NCBI RefSeq assembly: GCF_001677475.2
Contig: NZ_CP015229.1
Reading direction: 5' to 3' (one strand)
DNA: 64,000 bases
Source: Escherichia coli
Lineage (GTDB): Bacteria; Pseudomonadota; Gammaproteobacteria; Enterobacterales; Enterobacteriaceae
Shown here: positions 10,150 to 26,705 of the stretch, piece by piece
Layout of the letters: every line of letters starts with the position of its first letter
How positions within the stretch are numbered: position 1 is the first letter of the stretch
Translations under genes and position numbers: made by a program
Notes under the pieces: model-generated
Seen by the model: the letters and a program-made list of their open reading frames with translations, nothing else
Database searches by the model: none
Told to the model about the DNA's origin: nothing

Positions 10150-10812
10150 TCACTCACCCGCCAGTGCGCGCGGGAACAGCACATTATTTTCCAGACTAAT
10201 GTGATCCATCAGGTCATCAATCAATTCATTGATACCGTTATACATCGCTTTCCAGGTGGTGCAGGCTTCCGGCGGCGGTGTGACATTATTGGTGGTGTGT
10301 TTAATCACTTCCAGCAGTTCGCCCGCTTCATCGTGCTCGCTTTCCATTACGCTGATTGGCCCCATTGCCTGGCTGCCCATGCCTTGTTTGATCATCGGGA
10401 AGAGGATCTGCTCTTCTTTCATCATGTGGCTGGAAAGCTCTTCATGCAGCATAGTCAGGTATTTTGTCAGCCCTTTTGGCACGCTCGGTTTGTCGGCGTG
10501 AACGCGCTCGACTTTAGTCGCTTGCAGGATCAGCTCCGGCAGTTGCTCGCGGTGACGATCGTGGTAGCGCACGATGATATGGTCGATGATTTCTGCCAGC
10601 GGGGCGCTACGCCAGTCTTTCTCAATCGGTTGTTCAGCAAGCTTTGCCAGCTCAGCTTCAATGACCTCAACATCCAGCTCTTTACGTGCCGCCGCACGCG
10701 CCAGCGTTTGCTTACCGCCGCAGCAGTAATCCATATCATATTTACGAAACAGCGCTGAAGCGCGAGGAATAGAGAGCGCCAGTTCACCTAAAGGTTGGTC
10801 GCGATAAGCCAT
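10150..10812 (-). CDS. ytfE: Iron-sulfur cluster repair di-iron protein YtfE (RIC)
   Basis: 220-aa ORF with hemerythrin-like motifs; synteny. Confidence 0.95.
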   Translation of the reverse strand: MAYRDQPLGELALSIPRASALFRKYDMDYCCGGKQTLARAAARKELDVEVIEAELAKLAEQPIEKDWRSAPLAEIIDHIIVRYHDRHREQLPELILQATKVERVHADKPSVPKGLTKYLTMLHEELSSHMMKEEQILFPMIKQGMGSQAMGPISVMESEHDEAGELLEVIKHTTNNVTPPPEACTTWKAMYNGINELIDDLMDHISLENNVLFPRALAGE

Positions 10813-10838
10813 AGCTGATACCTCATTCTTAATAAGAT

Positions 10839-10861
10839 AAGATGTATTTTAAATGCATCTT
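10839..10861. promoter_or_regulatory. NsrR operator (AAGATGTATTT-t-AAATGCATCTT, 11-1-11 inverted repeat) upstream of ytfE
   Basis: Near-perfect match to the recalled NsrR consensus, about 27 bp upstream of the ytfE start codon. Confidence 0.7.
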
Positions 10862-10919
10862 TAAGGCGAATGCTATAACCCTTACGTAGCAGAGGCTTAT
10901 TTAACTCACAGCCAGCATG

Positions 10920-11894
10920 TCAACTTTCTGAGACAGATTCAGTTAAAGGTTTTTCCGGTTTTGCTCTGACTGCAATGACCACGCCAACCACTAACAGCGC
11001 GATACCGCTCAGCGTCATCAGCGGCGGCATTTGCTGGCGGAGTAAAAAGGTGTACAGCAAACCTGCCAGTGTTTCGAAAACAATCAGCGGCCCGAGAATC
11101 ACTGTCGGTAATCGCTGGCTGGCGACGTTCCAGCAGAGTGCGCCGACCCATGAGCAAAGCACGGCTATCGCAATCATCAGACTAATAAACACCAGCGGGC
11201 GGGGGCCAAAGGGTAGGGAGAAGTCCGGCGTTTGCGTATTCAGCCAGTAACAAGCGACGAGATAGCCGATAAGTGAAACCGGCAGTGTGACCAGCGCCTG
11301 CGCCGTTGCCCACATCATCGGATGTTTGTCGGGATTTTCCCGCAGCCAGCGGGCGTTGCGCAGGGCATACCATGCCCAGCAGACCACGGAAACTAACGCC
11401 AGCACGATGCCAGAGGTATAACGTGCCCAGTCAAAATCGGGGAGTCCGTGGTTTAACTCAGCAATATTCACGCACGCCAGGCCGATGCCAATACAAATCA
11501 GTGCCGGGGCGAGTCTTCCCCACGCGAGTTTGCCGTCGCGCTGGCTATAAAGCAGATTGGCAAAGACAGGAATCACCACCGGCAGGGTGCCGATAATCAT
11601 CGTGGAAACAGGCGCGCCAGTACGTTGAATGGCACTGGCAAGGCAGAAGTAATAAATGAGGTTGCCCATCATAGTGAGCATCAAGGCGGTAAGCCAGTCC
11701 CGACGCGCCAACTGACGCAAACGCACGCGTCCCAGCCAGGCAATGGGTAGCGCAATTAACCCTAACGCCAGATAACGCCCCATCGACTGCAACATCGCCG
11801 GGTATTCCGGCACAATCAACGGCCCGACAAAAATAAGCCCCCACATCAACCCTGCTAACAGGGCGTACAGCACGCCGCTAATCATTACTGGCAT
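10920..11894 (-). CDS. ytfF: Inner-membrane EamA/DMT-family transporter YtfF
   Basis: Hydrophobic ORF; synteny; exact start uncertain. Confidence 0.85.
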   Translation of the reverse strand: MPVMISGVLYALLAGLMWGLIFVGPLIVPEYPAMLQSMGRYLALGLIALPIAWLGRVRLRQLARRDWLTALMLTMMGNLIYYFCLASAIQRTGAPVSTMIIGTLPVVIPVFANLLYSQRDGKLAWGRLAPALICIGIGLACVNIAELNHGLPDFDWARYTSGIVLALVSVVCWAWYALRNARWLRENPDKHPMMWATAQALVTLPVSLIGYLVACYWLNTQTPDFSLPFGPRPLVFISLMIAIAVLCSWVGALCWNVASQRLPTVILGPLIVFETLAGLLYTFLLRQQMPPLMTLSGIALLVVGVVIAVRAKPEKPLTESVSES

Positions 11895-11992
11895 CCATTG
11901 ATCTGTCAGAAGAAAGTTCAGGAAGCAGACATGATTGCTCCCGGCATCCCGTCATTATCAGAGAGGATGCGGGAGGATGCCACTTTAATTAA

Positions 11993-12853
11993 CTAGTTAT
12001 TAACATTAAAAAGATTGCTTACGCTTTCGGCTAACGTTGTCGTCGGGCGACCAATCAGTTTACTCAGCGTTTTGCTGTCATCAAACAGACCGCCTTTTGA
12101 CGCGCCAACGTCAGAATCCGCCAGCATATCCGCCAGTCCGTCGGGCAGTCCGACGCTTTTCAGCGCAGCGGCGAAATCGGCTTCGCTCAGATTTTGATAG
12201 GTAACCTGTTTGCCGCTCTGTTTGGTCAGCTCTGCCGCTAACTGTGTCAACGTCCAGGCGCTGTCGCCCGCCAGTTCGTAAACCTTGCCTTCGTGACCGG
12301 CTTCGCTAATCACGCGCGAGGCAGCGGCTGCATAATCTGCCCGCGTTGCTGAGGCAATTTTGCCATTGCCCGCCGCACCGATAAATACGCCGTGTTCCAC
12401 TGCTGCCGGGGCGCTGGCGAGGTAGTTTTCGGTGTACCAGCCGTTGCGCAGAAGGGTGTAAACGATGCCAGAATCAGCCAGCATTTTCTCCGTCTCGATG
12501 TGCTCATCGGCGAGGCCGAGCGGGGAGGTATCTGCATGTAGCAGGCTGGTATAAGCGATAAATTTCACGCCAGCCGTCTTTGCGGCATTAATAACATTAC
12601 GATGCTGCGGGGCACGTTGACCCACTTCGCTGGAAGAGATCAGCAGTAGTTTTTCCACTCCCTGAAGTGCAGATGTCAGTGCGGCTTCATCGCCGTAGTC
12701 AGCCTGACGCACGGTAATGCCTTGTGCTGCCAGGGCCTGGGCTTTTGCCGGATTACGAACGATAGCCACTATTTGGCTGGCAGGAACAGTTTTCATCAAG
12801 GATTCAATAACATAGTGACCAAGTTGGCCAGTGGCACCAGTAATAGCGATCAT
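11993..12853 (-). CDS. qorB: NAD(P)H:quinone oxidoreductase QorB (YtfG), NmrA-like
   Basis: 286-aa ORF with N-terminal ITGATGQLG Rossmann motif. Confidence 0.9.
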   Translation of the reverse strand: MIAITGATGQLGHYVIESLMKTVPASQIVAIVRNPAKAQALAAQGITVRQADYGDEAALTSALQGVEKLLLISSSEVGQRAPQHRNVINAAKTAGVKFIAYTSLLHADTSPLGLADEHIETEKMLADSGIVYTLLRNGWYTENYLASAPAAVEHGVFIGAAGNGKIASATRADYAAAASRVISEAGHEGKVYELAGDSAWTLTQLAAELTKQSGKQVTYQNLSEADFAAALKSVGLPDGLADMLADSDVGASKGGLFDDSKTLSKLIGRPTTTLAESVSNLFNVNN

Positions 12854-12941
12854 GGGAAGTCTCCATCGTTTTGTCTTGTGTTTAAATACGCTAACACCTA
12901 AACTTACTTTTAGTAAGTACGCACAAAAAGGTAAGTATGAA

Positions 12942-13322
12942 ATGAGTCAGGTTAGCCTGTCGCAACAACTGAAAGAGGGAAATCTCTTTGCGGAACAGTG
13001 CCCGTCGCGCGAGGTGTTGAAACACGTCACCAGCCGTTGGGGGGTATTGATTCTGGTGGCGCTACGCGAAGGCACTCATCGCTTTAGCGACCTGCGGCGC
13101 AAAATGGGCGGGGTGAGTGAAAAGATGCTTGCGCAGTCGTTACAGGCGCTAGAGCAGGATGGTTTTCTTAACCGTATAGCGTATCCGGTGGTGCCGCCGC
13201 ATGTGGAATATAGCCTCACGCCGTTGGGCGAGCAGGTGAGCGAAAAGGTTGCTGCACTGGCGGACTGGATTGAGTTGAATTTGCCCGAGGTGTTGGCGGT
13301 GCGGGATGAACGTGTGGCATAA
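12942..13322 (+). CDS. ytfH: HxlR-family transcriptional regulator YtfH
   Basis: 126-aa product from the ATG at 12942; divergent from qorB. Confidence 0.85.
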   Translation: MSQVSLSQQLKEGNLFAEQCPSREVLKHVTSRWGVLILVALREGTHRFSDLRRKMGGVSEKMLAQSLQALEQDGFLNRIAYPVVPPHVEYSLTPLGEQVSEKVAALADWIELNLPEVLAVRDERVA

Positions 13323-13323
13323 C

Positions 13324-13425
13324 TGCCGGATGCGCTGCGCTTATCTGGTCTACGGTGCATGGCTTGTAGGGCGGATAAGATGCGCCAGCATCGCATCCGC
13401 CAATAAATGCCGGATGCGGTTGATG
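13324..13425. repeat. REP/BIME palindromic repeat cluster
   Basis: GCCGGATGCG...CGCATCCGGC-type palindromic units in the ytfH/cpdB intergenic region. Confidence 0.7.
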
Positions 13426-13450
13426 ATTTATAGGCCGAAAAAGAAGTGTA

Positions 13451-15403
13451 TTACTTACTCAAATCCACCTGATAAATCGCAAACCCGATATCATCGGTCG
13501 CGACTTTATTCATCGGATATTGCCCTTTCTCTTTAATAAACGCTGCGGCTTTATCTGATGGAGAGGTTTCGAAACGGATATCCAGTTTCTTATCGCCAGC
13601 AATCGGTGCTAAACGCCAGTTGTTATCTGCCGCCGGGTGAATTTCCCCCGCACGTTTCGACTCATCAGCAATCCACGCTGCCAGCACCGAGCGGTTCTCA
13701 TCCGGTGAAGCAAAAGCGATATGGCTGTCGCCCGTACCAGCAAATTTGCCGCCGTAAGCGCGATAGTTATTGGTGGCAACGAGGAACATGGCGTTCGGAT
13801 CAATGGGTTTACCGTTAAAGGTCAGGTTCTTAATCCGCTCTGCATTGGCATTAACCACCTGACATTCACCGTCATAACGGGCGGGTTGGGTAACATCAAT
13901 CTGATAATTCACACCATCAATAACATCAAAGTTATAAGTGCGGAAACCATCCCAGTTGATGAGTGACTGTGGTTTCGTGCTGTTAGGATCAATCTGGTTA
14001 AACTGTCCGGCGGAGCACTCCAGCCACTCTTTCACCTCTTTACCGCTGGCTTTCACCACAATCAGCGTATTGGGGTAGAGATAAAGATCGGCGGCATTAC
14101 GGAAGGTCAACTGGCCTTTTTCCACCTCCACATAGCTTGCCGGGTCATTTTTGCGACCACCAACTTTAAACGGTGCGGCAGCTGAAAGCACCGGCAGTTT
14201 TGCCAGATCCGGATCGCCCTGAATGTAATGTTCGACATACGCTTTTTGCGCGTTGTTCACGACTTGCACGGTCGGATCGTCCTGCACCAGCGCCAGATAG
14301 CTATACATATTGTCGGCAGATTTACCGATTGGCTTGCTGACAAACTGGCGTGTGGCATCGTGATCGGCTTTGAGTGTTTCTACCAGCTTGCTATCTTCCG
14401 CCGCGAGGGATTTTTTATTAGCGATGTCGTAAATCGGCCGTGCTTCCGCTTTCGCCTGCATCACCTGCCATTTACCGCTGTCATTACTGAGTTACAAGTC
14501 GACCACACCAAGATGATCGCCCCACATGCCCGGCATTACCGCCGGAACACCATTCAGCGTGCCTTTCGCGATATCAGCCCCTTCGATATCAGCAAAATCT
14601 TTACCTGGGAAAACGGCGTGAGCATGGCCAAACATAATGGCGTTAACGCCCGGAATTTCACTGAGGTAATAAACTGAGTTTTCCGCCATCACTTTATACG
14701 GATCGGCAGACAGCCCGGAATGCGCCAGAACGACAACGAGATCGGCACCTTTCTCACGCATTTCAGGCACGTATTTGCGCACAGTTTCTGTTATATCGTT
14801 AACGGTGACTTTGCCGGACAAATTGGCTTTATCCCACCCCATAATCTGCGGCGGCACCACGCCAATATAGCCAATCTTTAACGTCTGTTTTTTTCCGTCT
14901 TTATCGACCACTTCGGTGTCTTTAATTAAATACGGTGTAAACATGGGCTGTTTGGTTTTTGCGTCGATGACGTTGGCATTTACATAAGGGAATTTCGCTC
15001 CCGCCAGCGCATTTTTCAGGTAATCCAGACCGTAGTTAAACTCGTGGTTGCCAAGCGTGCCGACGGTATAGTCCAGCGTATTTAATGCCTTATAGACCGG
15101 GTGAATATCGCCTGCTTTTAAACCTTTCGCCGACATGTAATCTGCCAGCGGACTCCCCTGAATCAAATCGCCGTTATCGACCAGTACGCTGTTTTTCACT
15201 TCATTGCGGGCATCGTTAATCAGGCTTGCGGTACGTACCAGTCCGAATTTTTCCGTAGCGGTGTCTTTGTAATAATCGAAATCCATCATGTTGCTATGCA
15301 GATCAGTGGTTTCCATGATACGCAGATCGACCGTCGCTGCATTTACACTGGCGGCAATCAGCGTGGCCAGGAGCGTTGCGCTAAACTTAATCATCAGGGA
15401 CAT
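13451..15403 (-). pseudogene. cpdB: cpdB (2',3'-cyclic-nucleotide 2'-phosphodiesterase / 3'-nucleotidase) interrupted by an in-frame TAA
   Basis: Two same-frame ORFs (14492..15403 and 13451..14464) separated only by a stop codon at 14492..14494 (minus strand); together they span the full-length protein. Confidence 0.85.
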
Positions 15404-15583
15404 CCTTTTATCATCGGGAATACGAAAGAAAAGGGAGAATAAACGTCTTACTTATAGAACAGTGAAGAATGCCACAATTTTACGCTTTGAAAATGATGAC
15501 ACTATCACAGTTGGCGCATTCATTAACGATAGGGTATAAGTAAAACAATAAGTTAACACCGCTCACAGAGACGAGGTGGAGAA

Positions 15584-16324
15584 ATGTTAGATCAAGTATG
15601 CCAGCTTGCACGGAATGCAGGCGATGCCATTATGCAGGTCTACGACGGGACGATACCGATGGACGTCGTCAGCAAAGCGGACAATTCTCCGGTAACGGCA
15701 GCGGATATTGCCGCACACACCGTTATCATGGACGGTTTACGTACGCTGACACCGGATATTCCGGTCCTTTCTGAAGAAGATCCTCCCGGTTGGGAAGTCC
15801 GTCAGCACTGGCAGCGTTACTGGCTGGTAGACCCGCTGGATGGTACTAAAGAGTTTATTAAACGTAATGGCGAATTCACCGTTAACATTGCGCTCATCGA
15901 CCACGGCAAACCGATTTTAGGTGTGGTGTATGCGCCGGTAATGAACGTAATGTACAGCGCGGCAGAAGGCAAAGCCTGGAAAGAAGAGTGCGGTGTGCGC
16001 AAGCAGATTCAGGTCCGCGATGCGCGCCCGCCGCTGGTGGTGATCAGCCGTTCCCATGCAGATGCGGAGCTGAAAGAGTATCTGCAACAGCTTGGCGAAC
16101 ATCAGACCACGTCCATCGGCTCTTCGCTGAAATTCTGCCTGGTGGCGGAAGGACAGGCGCAGCTGTACCCGCGCTTCGGACCAACGAATATTTGGGATAC
16201 CGCCGCTGGTCATGCTGTGGCTGCAGCTGCCGGAGCGCACGTTCACGACTGGCAGGGTAAACCGCTGGATTACACTCCGCGCGAGTCGTTCCTGAATCCG
16301 GGATTCAGAGTGTCTATTTACTAA
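15584..16324 (+). CDS. cysQ: 3'(2'),5'-bisphosphate nucleotidase CysQ
   Basis: 246-aa inositol-monophosphatase-family ORF. Confidence 0.95.
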   Translation: MLDQVCQLARNAGDAIMQVYDGTIPMDVVSKADNSPVTAADIAAHTVIMDGLRTLTPDIPVLSEEDPPGWEVRQHWQRYWLVDPLDGTKEFIKRNGEFTVNIALIDHGKPILGVVYAPVMNVMYSAAEGKAWKEECGVRKQIQVRDARPPLVVISRSHADAELKEYLQQLGEHQTTSIGSSLKFCLVAEGQAQLYPRFGPTNIWDTAAGHAVAAAAGAHVHDWQGKPLDYTPRESFLNPGFRVSIY

Positions 16325-16326
16325 AT

Positions 16327-16369
16327 TCAGATGGCAGAAACAGTGTATTTCCTGAATCTGCCATCCTGA
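16327..16369 (+). terminator. Hairpin downstream of cysQ (candidate terminator)
   Basis: GATGGCAG ... CTGCCATC stem directly after the cysQ stop; no strong T-run. Confidence 0.4.
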
Positions 16370-16535
16370 TTTCTCCCAACCTAAAAAGTTATAAATAAAA
16401 AGAGATTGTATTTAAAGTGCAAAAATTCAATTGCTAATAAGTTACATTTTAATAATGAGCGTTTTTTGATAGTTTACTTCTCTAATGAGATATTTAATGG
16501 CGACATAAAATAACCAAATAAAATAAGGTTGTCAT

Positions 16536-17447
16536 ATGTTACCCAGGATCAGACACAATAATTTTATTGGTGCGGTGGAGTTATTTGTAAAGTCTTCGTA
16601 TACAAAAACACATTCAAACAATTTTTTTAACAATATCCAGCATGCATTTAAGAAAAAAGATTGGATTTCAAATTATGATAGCCTGTTAACTTTGAGGGAG
16701 TTCTTTCGTTGCGCAACTCAGATTGATAAAAATAGTTATCAGGTACTTTCATCAAAAAATGAAACTGTTAACGCCATGGATAAGTTTCTTATCAGTTTCA
16801 GCCTTAAAGATAACGGTGCCGAATATATAATGACATTGCGAGGCAGTGGATTTGAATACGAAGAAATTCCCATAACAATAAATGAGTATAACTCATTCAT
16901 GGATTTCAAAAACCGCGAGTTTCCGTTAGAACAAAACAGAAGATTGTATGCCTGGGATATTCTGCAGAAAAAACAGTCTGACATACCGGAAAGGATTAAA
17001 GGTTATATTCGCCAGGCGTTTGGTGACGTGTCTTTAGGTTATGCTGTATTGGATGATATAGTAAGTAAATTAAAACGGGGTAAATTTGACCTCCAAATAC
17101 CAGGAGGTGGAATTAAAGAATGCGATGGATGGTATATTTACGAAAAAATAATTGATGATAATTTTGCCATAGTCATAGAATCTTTGGGCTTTGCGCTTAA
17201 AATCTATGGAGGGGATGAACGTTTTCGTAATGGTTCCTCTGTTGTTTTGGAGGATGAAGATTACTCTCTTATTTATAATTTTCTGGTTAATGCAGGTTGC
17301 CAACAAGTCGAATTAGCCGAACAAGTGGATGCGATAGTAAGTGCGAATCTGGCCGCAGATAGTGATATTACCGAAGAAAAGATTTGCGAGAAATATAAAT
17401 CGACCATTGAGGCGTTTAAAAAAAAGCAACTAGCGTTACCAGTATGA
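16536..17447 (+). CDS. ytfI: Uncharacterized protein YtfI (AT-rich orphan gene)
   Basis: 303-aa ORF with strongly reduced GC (roughly one third by eye) compared with its neighbours; position matches K-12 ytfI. Confidence 0.8.
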   Translation: MLPRIRHNNFIGAVELFVKSSYTKTHSNNFFNNIQHAFKKKDWISNYDSLLTLREFFRCATQIDKNSYQVLSSKNETVNAMDKFLISFSLKDNGAEYIMTLRGSGFEYEEIPITINEYNSFMDFKNREFPLEQNRRLYAWDILQKKQSDIPERIKGYIRQAFGDVSLGYAVLDDIVSKLKRGKFDLQIPGGGIKECDGWYIYEKIIDDNFAIVIESLGFALKIYGGDERFRNGSSVVLEDEDYSLIYNFLVNAGCQQVELAEQVDAIVSANLAADSDITEEKICEKYKSTIEAFKKKQLALPV

Positions 17448-17515
17448 GTTCGGCGTAAGAACTCAGAGGCTTAATTCCCCTATCCCATAGATAACGATAG
17501 GGGAAAATTATTTTT
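17446..17515. terminator. Bidirectional terminator region between convergent ytfI and ytfJ
   Basis: Two hairpins (GAGTTC-ggcgtaa-GAACTC and CCCCTATC...GATAGGGG) followed by an AT/T-rich tract. Confidence 0.55.
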
Positions 17516-17536
17516 GCAGAATTTATGTTATTGCCA

Positions 17537-18091
17537 TTATTTGAGCAACTTTTGCAGCAGGTCCATCACTTGCTGCACCTCTTCCGGTGTGAGCGCCCCG
17601 TCTTTGGCCCATTGCACGCGACCGTCTTTATCCAGCACCACTACAGCGGAACTTTCTTCATCCAGCTGCCAGGCACCGCGCGCGACGCCATTGCTATCGA
17701 CAATAAACTGCGACCAGGGATAAAGCTTTTTATTACTCTCCAGACTGCTGCGCACAAACATGCCGGAACCCGGAATTGCGTCGTCGGTGTTAACAATGGT
17801 GGTGGTCTGGTAACGATCGTGCGGTAACTTCGCTGATTTAATCGCTTCAATCAGCGTCGCGTTTTTCTCTTTTGCAGAGGTGCGACCAGCAATATGTTGC
17901 AGTACTCGCACTTTTCCCACTAACTGCGCGCTGTTCCAGGTTTTGTAGCTAAACTGATCTTTATCAAGCACCAACTCGCCACGATCGGTAATGCCAATCG
18001 GCGGCACTCGCTGACCGGTTTCGAACTGATGTGCGGAAGCCATCATCGGCAACAGCAGGCAGGTGAGTGCCAGAATCTTGCGTAGGGTCAT
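17537..18091 (-). CDS. ytfJ: Periplasmic protein YtfJ
   Basis: 184-aa ORF with N-terminal signal peptide; synteny. Confidence 0.9.
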   Translation of the reverse strand: MTLRKILALTCLLLPMMASAHQFETGQRVPPIGITDRGELVLDKDQFSYKTWNSAQLVGKVRVLQHIAGRTSAKEKNATLIEAIKSAKLPHDRYQTTTIVNTDDAIPGSGMFVRSSLESNKKLYPWSQFIVDSNGVARGAWQLDEESSAVVVLDKDGRVQWAKDGALTPEEVQQVMDLLQKLLK

Positions 18092-18415
18092 GGTGTTTCC
18101 TTCTTATGATATGCAGGTGATCCGACCACTTAGGTCTGAGTTTTAATCATATGTGCTATTTATCGAATTTCCCGCAAGTGTGATACCAGTTTGCGGTCAA
18201 GCGCACAAATCATATGAAAAATGAATGCTTATACTGAAGACCGCGCTTCGGTAAAAAGATAATTCTGAATAATTGTAACCTTTAGGTAAATAAAGTTATA
18301 CGCGGTGGAAACATTGCCCGGATAGTCTATAGTCACTAAGCATTAAAATTTGCGCCTCATAATAGTTGGGCCGATTGTGGCACCGCACAGGCGTAATACT
18401 CAGCAGGAGATAACA

Positions 18416-18622
18416 ATGAAAATTTTCCAACGGTACAACCCACTTCAGGTGGCGAAGTACGTAAAGATCCTGTTCCGTGGACGGTTATACATCAAGGACG
18501 TTGGCGCTTTTGAATTTGATAAGGGTAAGATTCTTATCCCAAAAGTGAAGGATAAGCTGCATTTGTCAGTGATGTCCGAAGTTAACCGTCAGGTTATGCG
18601 TCTGCAAACAGAGATGGCTTAA
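18416..18622 (+). CDS. ytfK: Small protein YtfK (68 aa)
   Basis: ATG at 18416 preceded by GGAGA; product [17 protein letters not shown]... Confidence 0.85.
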
Positions 18623-18683
18623 CCAAAGTGCTATGCAGTAATAAGACGGCTCCTGATTCAGGAGCCGTTGATGTTTCTGGGGG

Positions 18684-20027
18684 TTACGCGACGCTTTCTT
18701 CTTTATCTTTAGCGTCAGGCAGTTTTGGCGAAAGGGCGGTGGCCTTGCTGTCGATCCGGGTCACCAGCAGCTGGTCGATACGGTAGTTATCGATATCCAC
18801 CACTTCAAATTTGTAGCCGGCGAATTTCACCGAATCGGTGCGTTTCGGGATCTTACGCAGCATAAACATCATAAAGCCGCCGATGGTTTCGTAGTTGCCC
18901 GACTGCGGGAACTCGTCAATATCCAACACGCGCATGACGTCGTCAATCGGGGTGCCGCCGTCAATCAGCCATGAGTTCTCATCACGGGCGACAATCTGCT
19001 CTTCCAGCCCCTGACCGACCAGATCGCCCATCAGCGTGGTCATCACGTCGTTGAGGGTGATGATCCCCACTACCAGCGCGTACTCGTTCATGATCACCGC
19101 GAAGTCTTCACCTGCGGTTTTAAAACTTTCCAACGCCTCTGAAAGGGTTAACGTATCCGGCACAATCAGCGTGTTGCGAATTTGTACGCCGCTGTTCAGT
19201 GCCAGGCTTTGGTTAGCCAGCACGCGGTTCAGCAGGTCTTTAGAATCGACATAGCCGATGATGTGGTCAATATCTTCATTACAGACGAGGAACTTAGAGT
19301 GCGGATGTTCCGCCACCTTATTCTTCAGACTTTGCTCATCTTCGTGGAGATCAAACCAAATCACGTTTTCACGCGGTGTCATTGAAGACGGAACGGTACG
19401 GGATTCCAGCTCAAAGACGTTTTCAATCAGCTCGTGTTCCTGTTTACGTAACACGCCCGCCAGCGCACCGGCTTCCACTACCGCGTAGATGTCATCAGAA
19501 GTGATGTCATCTTTACGTACCATTGGCAGTTTGAAAATACGGAAGATTATGTTCGCCAGTCCGTTGAAGAACCACACCAGCGGGGTGCAAACGTACAGGC
19601 AGAAGCGCATCGGGTTGATGATACGCAAAGCCACCGCTTCTGGCGCAATCATACCGATGCGTTTCGGGGTTAAATCCGCAAACAGGATAAACATGCCAGT
19701 CACTAACGAGAAAGAGAGAATAAAGCTCAGTTGCTCAGAAAGTTCTGCCGACATATAGCGGGAGAACAGGCTGTGAAAAGCTGGAGAAAATGCCGCATCA
19801 CCGACGATACCGCCGAGAATCGCCACTGCGTTCAGACCGATTTGGACCACGGTAAAGAACATGCCGGGATTTTCCTGCATATTCAGAACGCGTTGGGCAT
19901 TTATATTGCCTTCATCAGCCAGCAGTTTAAGTTTGATTTTGCGTGAGGCGGCAAGCGAGATCTCGGACATCGAGAAGAACGCACTTACAGCGATCAAACA
20001 GAGTATGACTAAAATACTGTTTAACAT
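18684..20027 (-). CDS. ytfL: UPF0053 inner-membrane protein YtfL (CNNM/CorC-type with CBS domains)
   Basis: 447-aa ORF; synteny. Confidence 0.9.
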   Translation of the reverse strand: MLNSILVILCLIAVSAFFSMSEISLAASRKIKLKLLADEGNINAQRVLNMQENPGMFFTVVQIGLNAVAILGGIVGDAAFSPAFHSLFSRYMSAELSEQLSFILSFSLVTGMFILFADLTPKRIGMIAPEAVALRIINPMRFCLYVCTPLVWFFNGLANIIFRIFKLPMVRKDDITSDDIYAVVEAGALAGVLRKQEHELIENVFELESRTVPSSMTPRENVIWFDLHEDEQSLKNKVAEHPHSKFLVCNEDIDHIIGYVDSKDLLNRVLANQSLALNSGVQIRNTLIVPDTLTLSEALESFKTAGEDFAVIMNEYALVVGIITLNDVMTTLMGDLVGQGLEEQIVARDENSWLIDGGTPIDDVMRVLDIDEFPQSGNYETIGGFMMFMLRKIPKRTDSVKFAGYKFEVVDIDNYRIDQLLVTRIDSKATALSPKLPDAKDKEESVA

Positions 20028-20204
20028 ATCTTATCCGACCTTTCAGGCCAGATCCTCGGAAGGGGAAGTTGATTAATTTGTGTGAAATACACATTGAAAG
20101 CCGATTCGAAGAAAGTGAACCGGCATTTTCAGTGGCTAGTATAGCGTAAGGTACTGTAAAGCCGCCAGAGTGTTAAAATTCAGACTGCTGATAAATGAAA
20201 AACT

Positions 20205-20295
20205 GGCTGATGCGCTATGCCGATCAGGCCTACGCAGTCCCCACAATATATTGATTTTGGACGATTTTGTAGGCCTGGCAAGGCGTTTACGCCGC
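20205..20295. repeat. REP/BIME palindromic repeats
   Basis: GCTGATGCG...GATCAGGCCTAC and GTAGGCCTGG...GCCGCATCCGGCA units. Confidence 0.7.
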
Positions 20296-20349
20296 ATCCG
20301 GCATAAACAAAACGCACTTTGTCAACAATCTACATTTGTACCCGTAACG

Positions 20350-20988
20350 CTATGCTTCCGGCGGCAGACAGACGCCAATTCCGCCAATTCCACAGTAACC
20401 ATACGGGTTTTTATGCAGATATTGCTGGTGGTCATCTTCGGCATAATAAAACGGTGTGGCGTTAGCAATTTCCGTGGTGATGCGACGATCGTCATCGGCG
20501 GCAAGCATCGCTGCCTGAAAACGTTCCAGACTGGCGCGAGCTGCGGCATCCTGTTCTGGGGTCAGCGGATAAATCGCTGAACGATACTGCGTGCCGTGGT
20601 CATTGCCCTGACGCATTCCCTGGGCGGGATCGTGATTCTCCCAAAATACTTGTAGCAACTGTTCATAGCTGATGACGGAAGGATCGTAAACAATGCGTAC
20701 CGCTTCGGCATGACCCGTATCACCGGAGCACACTTCCCGATAAGTCGGATTTGGCGTATAGCCGCCGGTATAGCCTGCGGCGGTGCTGTAAACGCCGGGT
20801 AACTGCCAGAACAGACGCTCCACACCCCAGAAACAACCCATCGCAAAAATGGCAATCTCCATTCCGTCAGGTACATTGGTCATTGAGTGACCGTTGACTG
20901 TATGCAGCGTGGCTACGGGCATCGGGGTGTTACGTCCAGGCAGGGCATCGGCGGGGGAAACCAGATGCTTTTTATCAAATAAACTCAT
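20350..20988 (-). CDS. msrA: Peptide methionine sulfoxide reductase MsrA
   Basis: 212-aa product with the GCFWG active-site motif; start at MSLFDKK inside the longer track ORF. Confidence 0.92.
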   Translation of the reverse strand: MSLFDKKHLVSPADALPGRNTPMPVATLHTVNGHSMTNVPDGMEIAIFAMGCFWGVERLFWQLPGVYSTAAGYTGGYTPNPTYREVCSGDTGHAEAVRIVYDPSVISYEQLLQVFWENHDPAQGMRQGNDHGTQYRSAIYPLTPEQDAAARASLERFQAAMLAADDDRRITTEIANATPFYYAEDDHQQYLHKNPYGYCGIGGIGVCLPPEA

Positions 20989-21151
20989 GGTATCGCTCTC
21001 CCGAAAATCGGTCATTGGGGTTAAGGTTGTAACAAGAGGCGTATTTGCACACAATAACCGCCGTGAATAGGTCTAAAGTAAAACATAAGAAATATTTGGG
21101 GTTTAGTCTGCTTTTTAATCCATATTACTGGATTTTTGTTAAGCCGTTTAA

Positions 21152-26703
<5,552 letters not shown>

Positions 26704-26705
26704 CA

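Noticed and set aside
10123-10758. 211-aa ORF antisense to ytfE
   Set aside because: Overlaps ytfE end to end; no start context or recognisable domain, consistent with a shadow ORF
18300-18340. TAGTCTATAGTCAC direct repeat upstream of ytfK as a possible Pho box
   Set aside because: The 7-bp periodicity and sequence do not fit the CTGTCAT-N4-CTGTCAT Pho box consensus
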